DNA of 64,000 bases from Candidatus Eiseniibacteriota bacterium (lineage in GTDB: Bacteria; Eisenbacteria; RBG-16-71-46), in NCBI GenBank assembly GCA_963744995.1, contig CAVUWA010000010.1:576001-640000 (forward strand). Reading direction: 5' to 3'. Under the pieces are notes generated by a model that saw nothing but the letters and a program-made list of their open reading frames with translations, searched no databases and had not been told where the DNA came from. The translations under genes were made by a program, and so were the position numbers. Position 1 is the first letter of the stretch. Each line of letters opens with the position of its first letter. Positions 57,135 to 64,000 of the stretch are shown piece by piece.

Positions 57135-57696
57135 GGGATACCTCCGCGACCTGGAGTGCCGCCGCCGCCTCGCGGGCGGCGGCCACGTTGGCGTCGGCGC
57201 GCGACGTCATTTCGCTTTCGATCGCACGGCACACGGCGTCGAGCGAGACCAGTTTCGAGAACACCGCGAACGCACCGAGGATCGCGGTGTTGACGATCGG
57301 CTGAGTCTTCGATCCCAGTTCGTGGTGCGCCGCGATCCTGCTGGCGTTCACGGTGCCCACGCGAAAACGGGCGGCCAGCTCCGGATATCCCGCTGCAGTC
57401 CGTTCCGAATTGATGAGAATGCTGCCGCCCGGCTTGAGGCCTCCGGTGACGTCCACCGCCGCGATCAGGGTGGGGTCGAGGACGATGAGATCATCCGGCT
57501 CGGTCACTTCACAGCGCAGCAGGATCGGACCGTCGCTCACCCGCAGAAATGCGGTGACCGGGGCGCCCCGGCGCTCGACGCCGAACGCCGGGAACGACTG
57601 GACGGACCGGTCTTCCAGAAAGAACGCGGTCGCGAGCAGCTTCGAGGCGATGACCGCGCCCTGCCCGCCGCGCCCGTGAATGCGTAGCTCGCGCAT
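57124..57696 (-). CDS. porG: 2-oxoacid:ferredoxin oxidoreductase gamma subunit
   Basis: 'LRIHGRGGQGAV', 'FPAFGVERRGAPV', 'PIVNTAILGA'; AAGGAGG RBS. Confidence 0.93.
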   Translation of the reverse strand: MRELRIHGRGGQGAVIASKLLATAFFLEDRSVQSFPAFGVERRGAPVTAFLRVSDGPILLRCEVTEPDDLIVLDPTLIAAVDVTGGLKPGGSILINSERTAAGYPELAARFRVGTVNASRIAAHHELGSKTQPIVNTAILGAFAVFSKLVSLDAVCRAIESEMTSRADANVAAAREAAAALQVAEVSHVS

Positions 57697-57992
57697 CGCA
57701 GCCTCCTTCGCGCGCTCGATGTACCGCCTGGCGCACGGCCGGCGAAAGCCGCCCTGCGCCTCGAGTGGGTTCAATCCACGGGCTCCCGCTCGCATTCCCC
57801 GTGCCGGAAGAACGGCCACGAAAGCCGGTGTCCGGCGGCCTGTCCCCCAACGGATTACGGGGACGGACCCGAAGCGCGTGCGGGCGGCGTGCCGACGCGG
57901 CCTGCGCCTCTGTCATTGCGGGCTGACAAAACCGATCGACCCGGCGACCGCGGCGCGGGCGGGCCCGCCTGCGCGCCGGGCTCCATGCGGAC

Positions 57993-59087
57993 CTACCCGG
58001 CGGCCTGTTCGAGCTCCGGCGGACGGGCGCCCGCACCGCCCAGCTCGGCACGCATGCGCGGGAGGCTCTGCGGGTGGTGCTTCTGCAGGTACGCCACGAG
58101 CTGCTCGCGCACGTGGCAGCGCAGGTTCCATGCGGTCCCCGCGTCGGGCGCGCTCATCAGCGCACGCAGCTCGAGGGCGCGTTCGTTCGAGTCGGTTACC
58201 TGCAGTCCCCAGGTCTTGCCGTCCCACATGTCGGTGGCCTTGAGGATCCGGTGCAGCTCTTCGCGCACCGCCTCCACCGGAACCGTGTAATCGCAATGCA
58301 CGAGCGTCGTGCCGAGCAGATCGGCGGTCTGCCGGGTCCAGTTCTGGAACGGATGGTCCAGAAAGTAGGACAGCGGCACGACGAGCCGGCGCAGATCCCA
58401 GATCCGCACGACGACGTAGGTGGCCGCGATCTCTTCGATCCACCCCCATTCTCCTTCGACGATCACCACATCCTCGATTCGAATCGGCTCCGTGAGCGCG
58501 AGCTGGATGCCCGCGATCAGGCTCGAGAGGGTCGGGCGCGCGGCGAGGCCGACGACCAGGCCTGCGGCGCCGGCCGAGGCCAGCAGGCTGGTCCCGAGAT
58601 GGCGAATCGTCGGGAACGTCATCAGCATGATCGCCAGCGCGACGACCACCACCACCGCGGCCACGATGCGCCGGAACACGCGGAACTGGGTCTGAACGCG
58701 GCGCGCGTTCAGGTTGTCACGCCGGTCGATGTCGTAGCGCTGCGCCACGAAGTCCTCCAGCACCCGCGTGAAGTTCACGATCAGCCAGGCGATCGCCGCG
58801 ATGAGGCCGAGTCCGGCCGCGTGCAGCAGCGCGCCGGTCACCGCATCGGACAGCGGCAGCGGCGGAATGGTCGCGGACGCGGCCAGCAGGGCCATGATCG
58901 GCAGGGCCGGCCCGCGGACGTGTCGGATCACCGAATCGTCGATTGCGTTGCCGGTGCGCCGGGTCACACGGCCCGCGAACCCGAACGCGATCCGGTGGAC
59001 GATCCATGCGAGCAGGACGGCGGCCACCATCACGCCACCGTCGGCGAGCCATGGCCTGAGGACTTCGAACGACAGGGGAGAGCTCAT
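57993..59087 (-). CDS. mscS: Small-conductance mechanosensitive channel (MscS family)
   Basis: 'SLLASAG...GLAA', 'PIRIEDVVIVEGEWGWIEEI', 'PFQNWTR'. Confidence 0.9.
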   Translation of the reverse strand: MSSPLSFEVLRPWLADGGVMVAAVLLAWIVHRIAFGFAGRVTRRTGNAIDDSVIRHVRGPALPIMALLAASATIPPLPLSDAVTGALLHAAGLGLIAAIAWLIVNFTRVLEDFVAQRYDIDRRDNLNARRVQTQFRVFRRIVAAVVVVVALAIMLMTFPTIRHLGTSLLASAGAAGLVVGLAARPTLSSLIAGIQLALTEPIRIEDVVIVEGEWGWIEEIAATYVVVRIWDLRRLVVPLSYFLDHPFQNWTRQTADLLGTTLVHCDYTVPVEAVREELHRILKATDMWDGKTWGLQVTDSNERALELRALMSAPDAGTAWNLRCHVREQLVAYLQKHHPQSLPRMRAELGGAGARPPELEQAAG

Positions 59088-59241
59088 GGATGGGTCTCCT
59101 TTCCCAGAAGCAGGGCGGGCCGGAACGCTTCCACCGACAGGACGATCCATGCTACGCATCCCTCGAATCCGAAGCGAACGCCGGACCCGGCGGCCGCTTC
59201 GCGCGGGCACACACGCTCCGTCGCATGCGGGAGGCGCGCAC

Positions 59242-59601
59242 ATGACCAGGTTTCTGCTGTTGCTCCCGGCGGGCCTGAGTCTGCTCGTGCTCGGCGCCCA
59301 CTTCCTGCGACGCATGGCGCTGGGCCCGGTGTTGATCTGCCTCGTCCTGCTGAGGCTGCTCTGGGTGCGCAAGACGTGGGCGACGCGCACGCTTCAGGTC
59401 GCGCTGGTCCTCGGCGCGGTCGAATGGATCCATACGACGATGACCCTGGTCCCCGAGCGGGTGGCGATCGGCGAGCCCTGGCAACGCATGGCGACGATCC
59501 TCGAGGCGGTCGCGTGGTTCACGTTCCTCTCGGCGTTGCTGTTCGAGCTGCCGCCGCTCAAACGCCGTGACGGACGTCTCGCCCCGGGGTCATCCGAGTA
59601 G
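59242..59601 (+). CDS. Small hypothetical membrane protein
   Basis: GGAGG RBS; 'SLLVLGAHFLR', 'GEPWQRMATIL'; four hydrophobic segments. Confidence 0.7.
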   Translation: MTRFLLLLPAGLSLLVLGAHFLRRMALGPVLICLVLLRLLWVRKTWATRTLQVALVLGAVEWIHTTMTLVPERVAIGEPWQRMATILEAVAWFTFLSALLFELPPLKRRDGRLAPGSSE

Positions 59602-59908
59602 CGCCCCGGGGGCCTTTCCCGGCCGGGCTCGAAGCCATGGCCTTCCGGCGGCGGGCAACCGACCGTGGAAGCAAGATGCCTCCCCATCCATCGCGCCAGA
59701 CCGATCTTCATTGACTACGGGAGCGGGTGAGTCGAGACTCGGGGTGGCTCCTGGATCGGTGATCCGTGCGCAATGCGTCGGCATCCGCAGCTGTCCCGCA
59801 GTGCACGCCCCCCCTGATACCGGTCATGCGTAGCTCCGGTTGGGCTTCATGCCCCTCGGGCCGGAACCACATCGCTGCGTCTCACCACCACAGGAGGGAA
59901 TGCACATC

Positions 59909-60628
59909 ATGAACACCAGGGTTACCGCCTCCATCATGGGCGCCACGCTCGCGCTGGTGCTTGCTTCGACCGCGTTTGCCGCGCCCGTCAACGGCATCTA
60001 CACGTCCACGGATCTCGGCGGTCAGCTGCTCACCGGCCGCGCATCCACATGGCGATCAGGAATCAATTCGGGCCTGCCGCATGTGCTGCACGCGCAGTCG
60101 TGGAACGGCGCGACGCTCGGCACGCAGTGGGAGATCTCCTGCCCGACCGAGGCCGTCAACTTCTCGGTGCAGGACAACCGGGTCGGCGGCGTCGGGACGA
60201 TCGTCTACACCAGCACGTTCCAGGGCGGCACGTTCACCTTCTTCCCCGGCGGCTGGCCATGGGGTGATGGGACCGGCACGCTGGGAACGACCACGCTGAT
60301 CACGACCGTGCAGTACATCCTCGTCAGCGGGGTCAGCACGCCCGTCTCGGCGGTCGTCAACGGCAACACGTCGGGCCTCTTCGCCGGCGGCTGCAACCTC
60401 ACCTTCGCCATCGCCAACGGTGTCGGCGTCGGCGAGACGACATCCCTCAATCCGGCGATCACGAAGCCGGTGGACTACCCCGCGTTCCTCGACGGTAGCT
60501 GCGGTCCCGCGGCGGCGAACGCGCAGTTCGGCAGCTGGGGAACCGTCATCACCATCACGATGAACATCGATTGCGCCACGCCGACGCACCCGTCGACCTG
60601 GGGCAGACTGAAACAGATCTACCGCTAA
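59909..60628 (+). CDS. Secreted Thr/Gly-rich protein with C-terminal 'TWGxxKxxYR' tail
   Basis: AGGAGG RBS; signal peptide ending 'AFA'; ends ...ATPTHPSTWGRLKQIYR. Confidence 0.8.
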   Translation: MNTRVTASIMGATLALVLASTAFAAPVNGIYTSTDLGGQLLTGRASTWRSGINSGLPHVLHAQSWNGATLGTQWEISCPTEAVNFSVQDNRVGGVGTIVYTSTFQGGTFTFFPGGWPWGDGTGTLGTTTLITTVQYILVSGVSTPVSAVVNGNTSGLFAGGCNLTFAIANGVGVGETTSLNPAITKPVDYPAFLDGSCGPAAANAQFGSWGTVITITMNIDCATPTHPSTWGRLKQIYR

Positions 60629-60836
60629 CGCGTGCTTTGCGGCGGGAAACCGGTCCCGTGCCGGTTCGCGGCCACCCTCGACCAGGGGGTGGCCGCGGTC
60701 GTCAGCAGGGGGCGGCCGCGGCACTGTCCGGCACCTGCCCCCCCGTCCGTGCAGGAGTGCTATCTTTCGCGGCGACTTTCGTCTGACTCACCCTCTCGTC
60801 CGCCGATCCGTGTCCGTCCCGAAGCTGGAACGTCCC

Positions 60837-62051
60837 ATGACCATCGACATCGCCGCCTGTCGCTCCGCCGAAGAGATCCTGCCCGCCTTCGCACCGGTGT
60901 TCCATTACTTCGGCGCCACGCCCGCGCCTCAGGACGGCGACCGCTTCGTGCCGTTCATCGAACCCTCCCGCGCGTTCGCCGCGCGCGAGAACGGCGCCGT
61001 GGTCGGCGGTTGCGGGTCGTTCCCGTTCGAGATGACCGTCCCGGGCGGCACGGTGCGCACCGCCGGGCTCTCGGTGGTGGGCGTGCGGCCCACGCATCGC
61101 CGGCGTGGAATCCTCAGGCGCATGATGCGGGCGCAGCTCGACGACGTGCAGCGCCGCGGCGAGCCGGTCGCGGCGCTGTGGGCATCCGAGGACACGATCT
61201 ACGGCCAGTTCGGCTACGGTCAGGCGTCGTTCTGCGGCGACATGGACCTGCCGAAGTCCGCGACCCGCTTCGCACAGTCCTTCGAGCCCACGGGAACGCT
61301 GCGCATGGTCGATGCCGCGGAAGCCGAGACGGCGTTCCCCCGGGTGTACGACCGCGTGCGTTCCGAGCGGCCGGGCATGCTCGCGCGCAGCGTCGAGTGG
61401 TGGCGGCACCGCCGTCTCGCCGACCCCGAGAATCGACGCCGCGGCGGCGGCGAGCTCAATTGCGTGCTGCTCTCTCACGACGGTCGGCCGAGCGGCTACG
61501 CGCTCTACCGCATCCATCAGCAGTTCGACTCCGGCGTCTCGGTCGGGCACCTGAACGTCGTGGAAGCGATGGGCGCGACGCTCGCTGCGACCCGCGAGAT
61601 CTGGCGCTTCCTGCTCGACGTCGACTGGATCACCCGCGTGAAGGCGAGCCTCCTGCCGATGGATCACCCGCTGTTCTTCCTGCTCGCGCGCCCGCGCGAG
61701 ATGCGCTTTCGCCTGCATGACGGTCTGTGGGTGCGGCTGGTGGATCTGCCCGCGGCGATCGCGGCGCGACGCCGCGGCGCAGGCGAACCGGTGGTGATCG
61801 AGGTCGCCGATCCGTTCTGCGAATGGAACGCCGGCCGCTGGCGCGTGGGACCGGGCGGCGCGGAACGGACGAGCGCTGCCGCCGAACTGGCCTGCGACGT
61901 CACGGCGCTCGGCTCCGTCTACCTGGGCGGCTTCACCTTCCGGCGTCTCGCCGACGCGGGACGCGTGGTCGAGCTCGGCGCGGGTGCCCTCGCGCGCGCC
62001 GATGCCATGTTCCCGGCGGATGGGGCACCCTGGTGCCCGGAGGTCTTTTGA
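60837..62051 (+). CDS. Eis-like GNAT acetyltransferase with SCP2-like C-terminus
   Basis: 'VGVRPTHRRRG', 'LWASEDTIYGQFGYG', 'LWVRLVD', 'LGSVYLGG', ends 'PWCPEVF'. Confidence 0.92.
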   Translation: MTIDIAACRSAEEILPAFAPVFHYFGATPAPQDGDRFVPFIEPSRAFAARENGAVVGGCGSFPFEMTVPGGTVRTAGLSVVGVRPTHRRRGILRRMMRAQLDDVQRRGEPVAALWASEDTIYGQFGYGQASFCGDMDLPKSATRFAQSFEPTGTLRMVDAAEAETAFPRVYDRVRSERPGMLARSVEWWRHRRLADPENRRRGGGELNCVLLSHDGRPSGYALYRIHQQFDSGVSVGHLNVVEAMGATLAATREIWRFLLDVDWITRVKASLLPMDHPLFFLLARPREMRFRLHDGLWVRLVDLPAAIAARRRGAGEPVVIEVADPFCEWNAGRWRVGPGGAERTSAAAELACDVTALGSVYLGGFTFRRLADAGRVVELGAGALARADAMFPADGAPWCPEVF

Positions 62052-62064
62052 GGCACCGGCGGCC

Positions 62065-63858
62065 ATGAACCGCTGGCCCAGCCTGCTCGTCGTCCCGGCG
62101 TTCCTGGCGCTCGCCATCGTGATGACGTGGCCGCTCGTTCGTGAGATCGCCCACCACGTGCCCACGGTCGCCGGTCAGCCCGACGCCCTGCTGCAGGGGT
62201 TCATCCTCAACTGGGATCTGCGCACGCTGGTCACGCATCCGCTCGACGTCCTGAACCTCCCCATCTACCACCCGGAACGCAACGCGCTGACCTATACGGA
62301 CATGCATTTCGGCGAGGCGTTGGTGGCCGCACCGGCGGCCGCGCTGACCCGCAATCCGGCCGTGGCCTACAACAGCGTCGTGTTCTTCGCCTGCGTCGCA
62401 TCAGCTTGGGCGATGTACCGGCTGGTGCGGCTGTTCGGTATTTCGCGCGCCGGCGCGTTCGTGTGCGGTCTGCTGTTCGCGTTCGGCCCCTACCGCTTCG
62501 GCAGCATGGCGAACCTCAACCTGCTGCAGACGGAGTGGATTCCGCTCGGGTTGTTCTTCGCCTTTCGCGCAGCGTGGCGCGGCCGCACGCGAGACCTGAT
62601 GGCCGCCGGCCTGGTGCTCGCGCTGCAGTCCTACTTCAGCTGGTACTACACGTTCTACCTGGCTACGGCGCTGGCCCTGTTCGTCGCCTATCGCCTCGCC
62701 GGCGGGTGGCTGCGGCCACGCGAACTCGTCGGCCGGCGCGCGCTCGGCGTGGTGGCGGTGCTGGCGCTGGCCGTCCTGCCGACCGTGTTGCCGTACGTCG
62801 TGGAGCGCCTGACGGTGAGCGGCTTTCGCCGCACCCTCGGCATGGCGGCCGTGGCCTCCGCCGACGTCTTCGACTACTTGAGGGTCAACGTCCAGAACCG
62901 GCTGCTCGGCGGCGTGCCGTGGCTGAGCGGCGACCAGCCGTACTGGCCGGGCACGGTCGCGGTGACGCTGGCGGTGCTCGGCGTGTGGGCGGCGCGCCGC
63001 GGCGCATTCCCGGCGCGGGCAGCGGACGACGGGCCGCCGTCCCGATCGGAGGACTCCAGCGTCGGGAGGCGACCGCGCGGCTGGCCGGCGGCGCGCGCGT
63101 GGCTGCGCCGCACCGCGCGGCGCTGGCGGGCGCATGGGTACTTCCTGCTCCTCGCCGCCTCCGGGTTCGTGATCTCCCTCGGCCCCATCCTGCACGTCGG
63201 CGGACTTCGCCTGCCGGTACCGCTGCCCTATGCGGTGATGTTCTTCGTCGTCCCGGGCTACTCGAGCATGCGCGCGCCGGGCCGCTGCGCCGTGCTGGTG
63301 CTCACCGCGGTGGTCGCGCTCGCCGGCTTCGGCTACGAGTGGTGCAGGCGCCGTGCGCCCGCGGGCGCCGGGCGCACGTCTCTGTTCGCGGGGACGAGCG
63401 TCCTGGCGCTGGGGCTGGCCTGGTCGGTGCCGTTCCCGCTGGTGCGCTTCCCGATGCGCGCAGACATGCCGCCCATCTACCGCTGGCTCGCCGCCCAGCC
63501 GGACTCGCCGCCGATGCTCGATCTGCCGGTCCCGAGGACCGAGGCCGACGAAGGCGACCGCGACGTCACGCGACAGATCTACGCGCTCTATCATCGCAAG
63601 CCACTCGTCAACGGCACGAGCGGATTCGTGCCGCCGCGCCACCAGGCGATGCGCTACGCCATGCAGCGCTTCCCCGCGCAGGACGCCCTTCGGGCCGCGG
63701 CCGCGCTCGGCACCCGGATCGTCATCGTGCATTACGGCGACTGGCCGCCGGCCACGGCGGCGCGATTGCGCCGTGCGGCCGCGCGCGCCCCCGGGCTCGA
63801 GCAGGTGGCTGCCTTCGGCGATGACGTGGCCTACGTGCTCGAGCCCTCCCCCCGGTAG
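62065..63858 (+). CDS. Multi-pass GT-C-like membrane protein (YfhO-like/glycosyltransferase)
   Basis: 'MTWPL', 'QPDALL', 'PIYHP...LTYTD', 'SMRAPGR', 'LVNGTSGF'; many TMs. Confidence 0.7.
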   Translation: MNRWPSLLVVPAFLALAIVMTWPLVREIAHHVPTVAGQPDALLQGFILNWDLRTLVTHPLDVLNLPIYHPERNALTYTDMHFGEALVAAPAAALTRNPAVAYNSVVFFACVASAWAMYRLVRLFGISRAGAFVCGLLFAFGPYRFGSMANLNLLQTEWIPLGLFFAFRAAWRGRTRDLMAAGLVLALQSYFSWYYTFYLATALALFVAYRLAGGWLRPRELVGRRALGVVAVLALAVLPTVLPYVVERLTVSGFRRTLGMAAVASADVFDYLRVNVQNRLLGGVPWLSGDQPYWPGTVAVTLAVLGVWAARRGAFPARAADDGPPSRSEDSSVGRRPRGWPAARAWLRRTARRWRAHGYFLLLAASGFVISLGPILHVGGLRLPVPLPYAVMFFVVPGYSSMRAPGRCAVLVLTAVVALAGFGYEWCRRRAPAGAGRTSLFAGTSVLALGLAWSVPFPLVRFPMRADMPPIYRWLAAQPDSPPMLDLPVPRTEADEGDRDVTRQIYALYHRKPLVNGTSGFVPPRHQAMRYAMQRFPAQDALRAAAALGTRIVIVHYGDWPPATAARLRRAAARAPGLEQVAAFGDDVAYVLEPSPR

Positions 63859-64000
63859 GGCGGCCCGACGCTGCCGCGCGCAGCCCTCCGGACGCCCCGT
63901 TTTGCAGCGGCCTCGGCACGGTATAGTGTGGATGCCCTTCGAGGTTCAGCTGTTTCCCTTCTCATGCTTGAGAGCGATCACGATCCACCCTTGAACTTTC

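Noticed and set aside
57700..57900. TPP riboswitch upstream of the TPP-dependent POR
   Set aside because: The conserved CUGAGA and CCUGAU...UAAU motifs are absent.
63902..63929. sigma-70-like promoter TTGCAG...TATAGT at the window end
   Set aside because: The spacer is 14 nt (16 for an alternative -10) and the downstream gene is outside the window, so it cannot be supported.

Overview
Very GC-rich, gene-dense bacterial DNA. I found no rRNA, tRNA, CRISPR array or mobile element. Secreted proteins with FlgD-Ig C-terminal domains and a C-terminal 'STWGRLKQIYR' tail suggest an FCB-associated lineage such as Ca. Eisenbacteria or Krumholzibacteria (inference). Main blocks: (1) an ion/osmotic module (TM-helix protein, permease-Usp fusion, RCK K+ channel); (2) a ygeW/ygeY/xdhD/ssnA/ygfK/carbamate-kinase anaerobic purine-catabolism operon, divergent from two fold-type-II PLP enzymes, with sigma-54-like promoters; (3) assorted envelope and housekeeping genes (M23, S1 paralog, OsmC, VPS10/BNR protein, gltA); (4) a TetR-TolC-EmrAB efflux operon with twin operators; (5) a redox locus at 45.2-51.5 kb; (6) a 2-oxoacid:ferredoxin oxidoreductase operon with a GltD-like/delta fusion; (7) MscS, an Eis-like GNAT and a GT-C protein. 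The highlight is in block 5. The two ORF-track ORFs 45950-47305 and 45200-45913 are in frame across a single TGA and read as one hidden selenoprotein of about 616 aa: lipoprotein + helical domain + thioredoxin fold with U-x-x-S + TlpA (WCPPC). The TGA is followed by a SECIS-like hairpin whose core GCAGGUCUGC and 15-nt spacing match the E. coli fdhF SECIS as I recall it. The gene sits beside an HsmA-like membrane protein and a porin-multiheme cytochrome operon (decaheme with an extra CX4CH, beta-barrel, hexaheme lipoprotein).
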